Part shown: in pieces, positions 12,901-24,900 of the stretch | How the letters are laid out: every line of letters begins with the position of its first letter | Numbering within the stretch: position 1 is the stretch's first letter | Source of the DNA: Candidatus Lindowbacteria bacterium RIFCSPLOWO2_12_FULL_62_27 | GTDB taxonomy: Bacteria; Lindowbacteria; 2-12-FULL-62-27 | Assembly: GCA_001784175.1 (NCBI GenBank) | Contig: MFPR01000040.1 | Span: forward strand, 1-44,954 | Reading direction: 5' to 3' | Length of the DNA: 44,954 bases | Translations under genes and position numbers: made by a program | The notes under the pieces: model-generated | What the model was told of the DNA's origin: nothing | Databases searched by the model: none | What the model saw: only the letters and a program-made list of their open reading frames with translations

Positions 12901-15900
12901 CCCCGACGACTTCGCAAATACATCCACCCGGCTGCTTACGGCGCCTACGGTCGTGTACCGGATCGTCGTTACGTCGTCTTCGCCGGGCGTCACACCGGGA
13001 CTGAATGGGTTCGGAATCGCCGATTGGGTGAGCGTCAGGATCGGCGGAAGAACGTCCTTGATCCCGCTCACCGTCACAATAGACTTGTTGCCGCTCCGGT
13101 CCGTTACGGTGATCGCAAACGTGTAGGTGTCGTCCAGCACAAGATTGCCGTTCACATCTTTTCCGTCCCACCCAACCGCGTTCTGGCCCGCGCCCTGCGC
13201 GATCCCCACGAACGGGACGGTGTCCACGGCCGCGCCGGCGCTGGTCTTGATCACCACGAACGCGGTGTCCGCGCTTTCGCTCAATACATATTTGATGGTC
13301 GCGCCGTTCGCGCCGAATACCCCCGGATCGACCGTCGCGTCGCTGATGACCGGCGGCGTCACGTCCGTGATCGACGTGTCGTACCGGATCGTCAGCGTGT
13401 CCGCCAGCACGCTCGTGTTGCCCGCCGCGTCCACTGCATACGCCACGATCTGCCAGTCGCCCAGCGTGTCGCCAAGCTGCGTGAAGTTCACCGTGCCGAC
13501 CCAGCTCGCGGTCCCGGTCACGGCGCTGTCCTGTTTCTGTTTCCGGACCTGCCCGAAGGCCGTGTCCGGCACGTACACGCGCATGTAGACCCGCGCCACG
13601 CTCCCCGTCGTGTCGCTGGCTGCGCCCGTCACCGCGATGGGGCCGATGTTGAACTGCGCGTTCTGCGCCGGCGACTGGATCTTCACCTGCGGGTTGTCCT
13701 TGTCGAAGACGAAGGTCGCGGTCTCGCTCATGAAATTCCCCACGGCGTCTACGGCGGTCACCACGATCGTGCACACGCCTGCCTCGATCGCGGCGTCCAG
13801 AATGTTGCCGCCCACGAGACGCCGCCCCATCGTGTCGGCGATCGCTTCGAATTCGAACGTGCCGACCTTCTGGTTCGACGCGTTGTAGAAGGTCACGGTG
13901 GTCGTCTCGTTGTACGCCGCAACGTCCGTCACACGGCCGTTCGGGCTGGGCGAGCTGTCCGCAAGGTCCACGCCGACGAAGATGACGCTGTCGCTGTAGG
14001 CGCGCGTCGCCACAAAAACCGTGCGGCCCTGCGTGTCGGTCACGGCGGTGACCGGCATCGTTTCCGTGATGCTCGCGCTCGTGCCGTGCACGATCAGAAA
14101 ATCGATCCGCGTCGGCTTCACCGTGTCGTACCGCACGATCCGCGTGTCCTCCACGACGTTGCCGGCCTTGTCCACCACGCGCACCCACAGCGCATAGTCG
14201 CCGTCCTGCGTGCCGTTCGTGACCCGGCCCAGCGATGTGACGCTGGTGTCGATCTGGCCGGCCGTCCCGCTCGCGTTCAGCGTGATTGGTGTCGCCGGCT
14301 CGGTGAAGAGGCTGTCGCCGTTTTCGTCCCAGATCCACCGAAGCTGCGGCGGCGTGTCCGTACTCACGCCCGTGATCGTGTCCCCCACGCTCACGAGGAT
14401 GTTGTCCAGCCGGCTGGTCTTTGCGCCGGTGTCCGGCGCGATCGTGAAGAACGGCGCCTGCGCGTCGTATTTGAAGGTCCGCTTCTCCGTCCGCTGGTTG
14501 CCGCCCTGGTCAAAGGCCGTCACCTGGACCTCGAACTCGCCGCTCACCGGCGTCGAATCTGTCAGCCAGAAAATCAGAAGAGAATCGCCGGCGGAACTCA
14601 CCAGTCCCGCCACGCTCTGGCCGGTCGTCTTGTTCGTCATCGCTATGGAAGTCGCGGGCAGATTCACGCCGCCGCTGAAGCCGAATCCGAGATCGCTCGA
14701 CACCTGGCTCGACGAGTCCGTGAGCTGCACCACAATCGAGTCGATGGCGCTGGTCGCGTTGAATATCTGGCCCTCCGAGATCGTCGAACCGCCGCCTCGA
14801 TTGTTCAGATAATAATTGCTCCCGACTACCGCCGGGCCCACGCTGTCGATCACGAAAGAATCGGTCAGGACCGCCGTGTTGCCCGCGTTGTCCGACGCCG
14901 CGATGTAGACGCCGTAGACCCCGTCCTTCCGGCCGTCCGTCGCAACGTCGAAGACCAGGTCCATCGTGATCTGGTCGCCCGGCGTCGGCGCGTTGTTGCT
15001 CCGCACAATCCCCACGTTCGCGCCCTTCGGGTCCACCAGGCGGGATCCGCCGGTCGTCACGTTCAGGTCCAGGCCCGCGTTCTTCTGACTGGCATCCGGC
15101 GCCGCCGGATCGCTCAACGTCACCCGCACGGCGCCGACCGCCGTCCGCACGGTCGTGTCGAAATTCGTCAGCGTCTTCGAGCCTGTGCCGGTGTCGAGCA
15201 CGATGATTTTTCCGGTGGTCGCGAACGTCGGCGAGGTCTGGTCCAGCGTGAAGGTGAATGCCGCCGCGGTGGCCTTGTTGCCGGCGCCGTCGAACGCGTC
15301 GGCCACGAGCGTGTAATCGCCGTCGCCGCCGGCCAGAAGCGTCGAGTTCGGGATGCGCACGATCCACGTGTCGTATGCGCCGCCCGATACGGCCGTGTCC
15401 GGATTGCCGGCCCCGGTGAAATCGGTCGTGCTCACCTTCGTGGTCGTCGCCTGGTTCGGATACGTGATCGTCACGTCCACACGCGCGAGACCGCCGGTCG
15501 CGCCCGCCGGGGTGCTTCGGCCCGTCACCAGCACGTTCTCCGACGCGCTCTGCGCGCTCTTGCCGTTGAAGGGACTCGACTGGCCCGACAGCTCCTCCTT
15601 CGCGCTTACGATGGTCGGGACCGGCGCGACGTTGTCAAGACGGTAAAACACGAACTGGTCGTCCGCGCGGACCTCCACACTCAGCCCGATCGCGTCGCTG
15701 TCGCCGCTCTTGACGCTGATCGTGTCCAGCCGCGCAAATTCGACGCTGCCGGCCACCCGCTGGCCGACCTGCGTGCCCGTGTCGATCACGATCGTGTCCT
15801 CCAGCGCGCCGCTGCGCACGATCACCGTCGTCCGCGTGTCCACGGTCGAGCCGCGCACGATCAGGACGGCCTTCGAAGGACGCGGCAACACCGAGTCGCC

Positions 15901-18900
15901 GCCCGATTCGATCCCGATCGACACGCCGCCTGTGTCGCCCACGCCCGTCAGCGTCACCTGCCGGCCGCTTCGCACGCTCTTGTTGCCCGCCGAGTCGGAG
16001 GCCGTCGCGTAGATCACGTTGTCGCCCTGCGCAAGCTGCGCCAGCGTGACGGCCGCGGTCCACAGGCCGGTCTGCAAATTGGCCGTGACCGGCGGCTGAA
16101 GGTCCGTGCCGTTCAGGTTCAGCGTGATCTGCGCGCCGGGCTCCGCGGAGCCGCTCACGGCCTGGTTCGTGGTGGTGACCGCCAGATTGTCCGACGTGAA
16201 AATCTGCGGGGGCGCGGGCCGGCTGTTGTCGATGTCCAGGTTGCCGCTCGCGGTCAGGATCTGGCCGTTGCCGCCGTCCACCGCCGTCAGTTTCCAGGAG
16301 TATGTTTTCGTCGCGCCGCCGCTCAGGATGCCGCCGGTGTCGCTCTTGCCGCGGAACGTGAACGTCTTCGTCGCCGGAAAGACGTTGACGGTCACACTGT
16401 CCGTAAAGACGGCGGTGGTGTCGGTCGGATTTGCGAACACCTGAAACCGCATCGTCGCGCTGTCCTTCGCGCCGTTGACCACGTAGCTGAGCGTCGCAAA
16501 ATCCGAAACGCCGTCGGCGTTCTCGGGACTGAGCAGCGTCGGCACGAGAAGCACGTTCGTCAGGGAAAACGGCGTGACGTCGATCTCGACTTCGCTCGAG
16601 ACCTCCGCCGTCAGGCCGTTGACGTCCACCGCCGTCACTACGATCCGGTACAACCCGTCCGGCGGCGTCGGCGCGCCCGCGCCGTCCCACGTGACCGGCG
16701 TGTCCGCGATGTCCCCGAACCGCGCCGCGATCTGCCGCACGAATGCCCCGGTCGACTTCGCGTATACGTCCACTCGGCTCGTCACGGCGCCGATCGTCGT
16801 GTACCGCAGCGTCGTTGCGTCGTCCTCGCCGGGCGTCACCGGCGCCGGGCTGAAGGGGTTCGGGATCGGGGACTGCGACAGCGTCACCACGGGAGGCACC
16901 ACGTCCCGCACGCCGCTGACCGTGATCGTGGCGCGATTCCGGTTCCGGTCCGTCACTTGGATCTCGAAAAAGTAGGTGTCGTCCGCCACGAGGTTGCCGC
17001 TCGCATCTTTTCCGTCCCACACGATCGCGTTCTGGCCCGCGCTCTGAGGCGTGCCGTTGGTCGGCGCGGTGTCGACGAAGACGCCGCCGCTCGTCTTGAT
17101 CACCACGAGCCCCGTGTCGATCGGCTCATTCACGACATATCGTATCGTTGCGCCGCCCGCGCCGAACACGCCCGGGTCCACCGTCGCGTCGCTGATCTGC
17201 GGCGCCGTTACGTCCGTGATCGTCGTGTCGTACCGGATCGTCCGCGTGTCCGACAGCGCGCTCGTGTTGCCGGCGTCGTCCACGGCGTAGGCCACGACCT
17301 GCCAGTCGCCCGGCGTGTCGCCGAGAAGGACGAAATTCACCGAGCCGACCCAGCTCGCGGACCCGATCGCCAGGCTGTCCTGTTTCTGTTTCCGGATCTG
17401 CCCGAAGGCCGTGTCCGGGACGTACACGCGCATGAACACCCGCGCCACCTTGCCGGTCGTGTCGCTTGCCACGCCCGTGATGGCGATGGGGCCCACGTTG
17501 AACTGTGCGTTTTGCGCCGGGGTCACGATCCGGATCTGCGGGGCGTCCTTATCGAATATGAAGGTCGCGGTCTCGGCCATGAAGTTCCCTGCGGCGTCGA
17601 CCGCCATCACCACGATCGTGCAGACGCCCGCCTCGGCGGCGGCGTCCAGAATGTTGCCGCCCACGAGTCGCCTCCCCATCGTGTCTGTCGCGGTGTCGAA
17701 TTCGAATGTGCCGATGGCTTGGCCGGCGGCGTTGACGAAGACCACCCGCGTCGTGTCATTGTAGGCCGAAACGTCCGTCACCTTCCCGTTCGGGCTTGGC
17801 GCGCTGTCCAGAAGGTCCACGCCCACGAAAGTGACGCTGTCGCCGAAGGTCTTCGTCGCCACAAATACCGTCCGGCCCTGCGTGTCGGTCAACGCCGTCA
17901 CCGGCAGCGTCTCCATCACGCTCGCGGACGCGCCGTGCTCGACCAGAAAATTCACCCGGGTCGGCCGGACCGTGTCGTACTTCACGATCTTCGTGTCCTC
18001 CGTTACGTTGCCCGCCTTGTCCACCACGCGCACCCACAGGAGGTAGTCGCCGTCCTGCGTTCCGTTCGTGACGCGGCCCAAGGACAGCGTGTTCGTGTCG
18101 ATCTGGCCCGCAACGCCGCTGGCGTTCAGCGTGATGAGCGTCGCCGGCTCATTGAATATGTTGTCGCCGTTTTCGTCCCAGATCCACCGAAGCTGCGCTG
18201 CGCTCACGCCCGTGATTGTGTCGCCCACACGCACCACCACGTTGTCCAGGCGGTTCACGATCGCGCCGGTCTCCGGTGACTGCGCGTAAAAAGGACCCTG
18301 CGCGTCGTATTTGAAAGACCGCTTCGTGATCCGCTGGTTGCCCGACCGGTCGAAGGCCGTGACTTGGATTTCGATGTCGCCGCTGACCGGGGTCGAGTCC
18401 GTGAGCTGGAACATCAGGAGCGAATCGCTCACCGTCCGGATCACGCCGCCGATGCTCTGCAGGGTCGTCTTGTTCGTCATGTTGAGCGAGCTGGCCGTCA
18501 GATTCACGCCGCCGTTGTAGAGGAATCCCAGATCGCCCGCCGTCTGGCTCGAGGAATCCGTCAGATACACGGCCACGGAATCGAAGAAGTCCGAGCCGCT
18601 GAAAACTTGGCCCTCCGTGATCACTGTGAAACCGCCCGGATTGTTGATCCGGTAAAAATTGTCGCCGATCACGCTCGGTCCCACGGCGTCGATCACGAAG
18701 GAATCGACGGCCGTGTCGCTGTTGCCCGCCTTGTCGCTCACCACCACATAGATGCCGTAAACGCCGTCACGCTTGCCGTCCGACGTGATGTCGAATACCA
18801 GGTCCATCGTGACCTCGTCGACGTTGTTGTTCGCGCGTACGATGCCGACGTCCGCGCCCTGCGGGTCCACCAGGCGCGCGCCCGACGTCGTCAGGTTCAG

Positions 18901-21900
18901 GTCCAGTCCCGAGTTTGACTGGCCCGAAACCGGCGCGGCCGGGTCGGTGAACCGCACTTTCACTTTCCCGACGCCGGTCCTCACCGCCGTGTCGAACGTG
19001 GTCAGCGTCTTCGTCGGCAGGTTGGTGGCGCTCGGGCCTGTATCCGCTTCGACCACGATTTTGTTGGTGGCCGAAAATTGCGGCGAGGTCTGGTCGAAGG
19101 TGAACGTCAGGGCCGGCGACGTATCCTGGTTGCCCGCGTTGTCGATCGTCGTCGCCTCCAGCTTGTAGTCGCCGTCGCCGCCCGCGATCAGCGTTGCGTT
19201 CGGGATGCGCACAATCCACGTGTCAAACGCGCCGGCGTTCGTGTCCGGATTGCCCTTCGTCGCGGGAAAATCCGTCGTGCTGACCTTCGACTTCGTGCCG
19301 TTCGGCAGCGTGATCGTCAGGTCCACGCGCACAAGGCCGCCGGTCACGCCGGGCGGGGAACTGCGGCCGATCACCAGAACGTCCTCCGTCGGGTCCTGCG
19401 CGCTCTTGCCGTTGATCGGACTTTGCTGGCCGCTCGCCTCTTCCCGCACGGTCGTGATCGTCGCGTCGGGCGCCGAGACGTCCAGCCGGAAAAAGAGGTA
19501 TTGATCCTCGGCGCGGATTTCAACGCTCAGGCCCGCCGGGTCGCTGTCCCCCGTCTTCACGCCGATCGTGTCCAGCCGCGTCATGTCGAGGTTGCCTACG
19601 ACCCGCTGGCCCACGAGTGTGCCGGTGTCCAGCGTGATCGTGTCGTCCAGCCCGCCCCCGCGGAGGATGACGGCCATCTGTGAGTCCACGTTCGAACCGC
19701 GGATGATCAACACGGCCTTGCTCGCGCGCGGCAATGCCGGGTCCCCGTTCGATTCCACGCCGATCGACACGCCGTTCTGACCCACACCGTTCAGGCTCAC
19801 CTGCTGGCCGCTCCGGACGCTCCGGTTGCCCGTCGAGTCGACGGCCGTCGCGTAGATGATGTTGTCGCCCTGCACGATGTTCACCGTCGTCGTCCACTGG
19901 CCGGTCGCCGGGTTGGAGGTTACCGGCGCCAGGTCCACGCCGTTGACGGTCAACACCACCTGGGCGCCCGGCTCCGCCGAGCCGTTCACGGTCTGCGTCG
20001 CCACCGATACCGCAAGGTTGTCCGGCGTCACGATCTGCGGCGGGACCGGCCGCAGGTTGTCGATGGTCACGTTGCCGCTCGCCGTAAGAACCTGGCCGTT
20101 TGTGCCGTCGATGCCCGTGACTTTCCAGTAATAGGTGCGCACGGCCTTCGAACTCAAAATCCCGCCGGTGTCGGTCTTGCCCCGGAACGTGAATGTTTTG
20201 GAGGCCGGAAAGACGTTCACCACCAGGCTGTCGTTGTAGACGGCGGCGGTGTCCGACGGGTTGGTGAACACCTGAAAGAGGACCGTCGCCGAATCCTTGA
20301 CGCCGTCCACCCGGTAGCTGATGACTGTGAAATCGTTCACGCCGTCGCCGTTTTCCGGGCTGATCACCGTCGGGTTGATCGCAACGCCCGTCAGCGTGAA
20401 CGGCGTCACGTCGATCTCGACCTCGTTGGAGACCTGCGCCGTCAGGCCATTTCCATCCACGGCCGTCACCACGATGCGGTACAAGCCGTCCGGAGGCGTC
20501 GGCGCGCCGCCGCCGTTCCACTGCACGATCGTGTCGGTGACGTCGCCCAGCACCGTGGCCGAAATCGACACGAGGGCGCCCGTGGTCTTGGCGTATATTT
20601 CCACCCGGCTGTTCGCGGCGCCCACGGTCGTGTACCGGATCGTCGTCACATCGTCCTGGCCCGGGGTCGTGGGCGCGGGGCTGAACGGATTGGGAATCGG
20701 CGATTGCGTGAGCGTGATGACCGGCGGCACCTGGTCCTTGATGCCCTTCACTGTCACGTTCGCCTTGTTGCCGCTCTTGTCTGTCACGCGAATCTCGAAA
20801 CTGTAGGTGTCGTCAAGAACAATATTGCCGCTCGCGTCCCGGCCGTCCCACACGATCGCGTTCTGGCCGGCGCCCTGCGGCAGGCCCGCCGAGGTCGGAA
20901 TGGTGTCGACCGCGGCGCCGCCGCTCGTCGTGATCACCACGAACGCGGTGTCGACGGCTTCGCTTAATACATATTTTATGGCGGCCCCGTTCGCGCCGAA
21001 CACGGCGGGATCGACCACGGCGTCGCTGATCACCGGCGCCGTCACGTCCGTGATCCCCGTGTCGTACCGGATCGTCAGCGTGTCGCTGAGCGCGCCCGTG
21101 TTGCCGGCGGCGTCCACGGCATAGGCCACGATCTTCCAGTCGCCCAGCGTGTCCCCCAGTTGGGCGAAATTGAGCGTTCCCAGCCAGGAGGCCGCGCCGG
21201 ACGCCAGACTGTCCATCCGCGCCACCGCTTCCGAAGCGCCGAAGTCGGTCCCCGGAACGTATACCCGCATGTAGACCCGCGCCACGCTTCCCGTCGTGTC
21301 GCTCGCGGTGCCGGTCACCGCGATCGGGCCGATGTTGAACTGCGACCCCTGGGGCGGCGTCACGATCTTGACCTGCGGGTTGTCCTTGTCGAACACGAAC
21401 GTCGCGGTCTCCGCCATGAAGTTCCCCGCGGCGTCCACGGCCGTCACCACGATCGTGCATACGCCGGCTTCGTTCGCCGCGTCCAGAATGTTGCCGCCCA
21501 CCAGCCGCCGGCCCATCGTGTCGGCCACGGGCTCGAATTCGAATGAGCCGACTTTCTGGTTCGACGCGTTGTAGAAAAATACGACGGTCGTCTCGTTGTA
21601 TTTGGCGATGTCGCTCACTCGGCCGTTTGGATTCAGCACGGTGTCGAACATGTCCACGCCGGCAAACACGATGCTGTCGCTGATCGCGCTCGTCGCCACG
21701 AAAATCGTCTGGCCCTGCGCGTTGAGCGTGGCGGTCACCGGAATCGTCGAGAAAACGCCCCCGGAGCCGCGCTGCACCAGAAAATCCTGGCGCGTCGGTT
21801 TCACCGTGTCGTACCGCACGATCTTCGTGTCCTCAAAGACGTTGCCGCCCTTGTCCACCACCCGCACCCACAGCGCGTAGTCCCCGTCGGCCGAACCGTT

Positions 21901-24900
21901 CGTCGGCCGGCCCAGGCTGAGGTTGCTCGTGTCGATCTGGCCGGGATTGCCGCTCGCGTTCAGGGAGAGGAGCGTCACCGCCTCCGTGAACTGGCTGTCC
22001 CCGTTGTCGTCCCAGATCCACCGGAGTTCCGCGCTGGTCAGGCCGGTCACCGTGTCGCCCACACGAACCACGATGTTGTCCAGGCGGTTCACCACGGCGC
22101 CGGTGTCGGGCGTGATCGAGAAAAACGGCGCCTGCGCGTCGTACCGGAACGTCCGCTTCTCCGTGCGCTGGTTGCCGAACTGGTCGAAGGCCGATACCTG
22201 GACCTCGAAATCGCCGCTGCTGGCCGGGGTCGAATCGCTCAGCCAGAAGATCAAGAGCGAGTCGCCGGCGGAACTTACCACGCCCGCGATGCTCTGGAGC
22301 GTCGTCTTGTTCGTTACGCTGATGGAACTCGCCGCCATGTTCACGCCGCCGCTGAACCGGAATCCGATGTCGCTCGAGTTCTGGCTCGAGGAGTCCGTCA
22401 ACAGAACTGCGATGGTGTCGATGAAGGTCGTCGCGTTGAAGACTTGGCCCTCGGCGATGACCTCGGTGCCGCCCCGGTTGTTCACATAAAATACGCCGCC
22501 GATTACGCTCGGGCCGACGTTGTCCACTACGAAGGAATCCGTCAGCGTCGTCGTGTTGCCCGCGTTGTCCTGGGCCACGAGATAGACGCCGTACACCCCG
22601 TCCCGCTTGCCGTCACTGCCCACCTTGAACACCAGATCCATCGCCACTTCGTCCACGCCGTTGTTGCTCCGCACGATTCCCACCGCCGCGCCTGCCGGGT
22701 CCGCCAGGCGCGCGCCGATCGTCGTCTGGTTCAGGTTCAGGCCCGCGATCTGGTTCGCGGTCCCCGGATCCTGCGTCCGCACGCGCACCTTGCCCACCGA
22801 CGACCGCACCGAGGTGTCGAAGGCCGACAGGACCTTGGAACCGGCCGCGGTGTCGTCCACCGTGATCGCGCCGGCCGCGATGAATTGCGGCGGGGACACG
22901 TCATAGATGAAACTGGATGCAATGGACTGCGAATTGCCCGCGTTGTCCGCCGTCGCTACCGTGAGCTGGTAAATCCCCTCGCCGCCGCCCACGAGAACGG
23001 AATTCACAATACGCACCTGCCACGTGTCAAACGTCGAACTTGAGGTCGTGTCCAGAAGCCCCCCGGCGTCGGCGGTCGTTACGGTCGTCACCGCTCCGTT
23101 CGGCGCGCGCACCGTCACGTCCACACGCACGAGGCCCGCCGCCGCGCCCGCCGGCGCGCTCCGGCCCGATACCTGCACGTCCTCCGCCGATACGCCCGGG
23201 CTACGGCCGTTCAACGGGCTGACCTGGCCGCTCACTTCCTCCTTGATCGACGTGATGCTCGGCGCCGGCGCCGAAACGTCCACGTTGTACTGCACAAATT
23301 CCTCGTCCGCGCGCAGCGTCACCTCGATCGCCGAGTCGACGCCGTAGCCGGAAACGCCGCCCAGAAAGACCGTGTCGAACCGGTCGAACGTCTGGCCGCT
23401 CTGGGCCGCGATGAGACGGTTCACGGCCGCCTTTGTGTCCACCACCACGCTGTCCCGCACGATGCTGCCCGCAAGCGACCCCCACACCTGCAGGACGGTC
23501 TGGGTGTCGGGCGCCTTGTTGATGAATATGTTTATCTTCGACACGCGCGGCAGCTTCAGATGCGTCGTGTCGGCGGAGATGCCCTTCGAATCGGTCGAGG
23601 TCCACGTGATCTTCGATCCGCTCGGCGTGGAAACGTTTCCGACGCCGTCCTTCGACTTCGCGTAGATGTTGTTGTAGCCCTGGACCAGCGGGACGGTCGC
23701 AAACGAAAACGTGCCGTTCGGCGAGGTCGCGATCGTCGTCAGGCCGAGGCTCGTCGCGTCCCGGAACAGCTCCACGGTCGAGCCGGCTTCCGCAATCCCG
23801 CTGATCGACGTCTGCGACACGTTCTGCGTCTTGTCCGCCTCCGTGATCCGCGGCGCGTCCGGCGACACCAAGTCGATCGTCGCCTTCGTGTCGAACGCGA
23901 TCGTCAGGTTGTCGTTCGGGTCGTAGGCCGTGATCTTGATGACGTAGTCCCGGCTCGTCACGAATACCCCCGAGTCGTTCTTGCCGTCCCACGTGACCGT
24001 GTAGGTGCCGGCGGCCCGCACCGACGTGTCGGCCACGATGGTGCGCACCGGAATGGTGTCGTCGGAGGTCTGGAAAATCTTGATGGCCAGTTGGGCCGAC
24101 TTCGTCGTCGTCGCCGCGATGAACAGCTCGTCCACCACGAAATCGCCGTTCGGGGAAATCGTCCCGTTCGTCGGCGTGAGCTGCACGTTCGTCACCTGCA
24201 ATATCGCCGTCTGGACGGTCACGGTCGTCTGGCTCTGCACGAAATTGCCGGCGTCGTCCACCACCTGCACCACGATGGTGTAGTCGCCGTCGGGGGTCGT
24301 TCCCGCGGCCGGCGCCCACTGCGAGGTGTAACTGCCGTTGCCCGTGAAGGCCGGGACGGTCGTCAGCGAACCCACCGAGGCGCCGGAGGCGTTCCGGACG
24401 TTGATCGCGATCTCGCCGGTCTTCGTGTACAGATCAAAGGATAAATCAAAACTCGTCGTCGAGGTGCCGCCCGGGCCCGTTACGCCCGTCACGCTGCCCC
24501 ACGTGCTCAGGATCGCGAGGATGTCGTTCGGCTGCGTCGTCGCCGGGATCGACACGGCATTGCCCGTCTGCGACGTGCCGTTCGCCGCCGTGCCCTGCAA
24601 CGACAGCGTGATCGCCGCGCTCCCCGAGGCCTGCTTCGCGATCCACACAAGCTCCGTCGGGCTCGGGATCGTGAACGGGCCCGACGTGAATACCGGCGCG
24701 TTCACGGTGAACGGCGACTGCGCGCCCGTGGCCGTGATCCGTACCGTGCCGATGAACGTGCTCGTCGGCAGGTTGCTCACCGAAAAGGACAGCGTCGTGC
24801 GGTCGTTCAGGTTGTCGCCGTTCGGCGAAAACGGGTTGGGACTGAGACCCGTGATGTTGACCAGTCCCGGCGTGAGATCCACGCGGACCGACGTCGTCTC

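Noticed and set aside
10741-18279. 2512-aa plus-strand ORF, the longest ORF the track lists in this region
   Set aside because: It is exactly codon-antiparallel to the giant gene and stays open only because that gene avoids TTA/CTA/TCA codons here. The R/H/V/A-rich translation has no domain features.
1-23300. Repeat array as a CRISPR array, RTX/T1SS adhesin or assembly duplication
   Set aside because: There are no short direct repeats with unique spacers and no GGxGxDxLx nonapeptides. The units are substantially diverged with indels, unlike artefactual duplicates.
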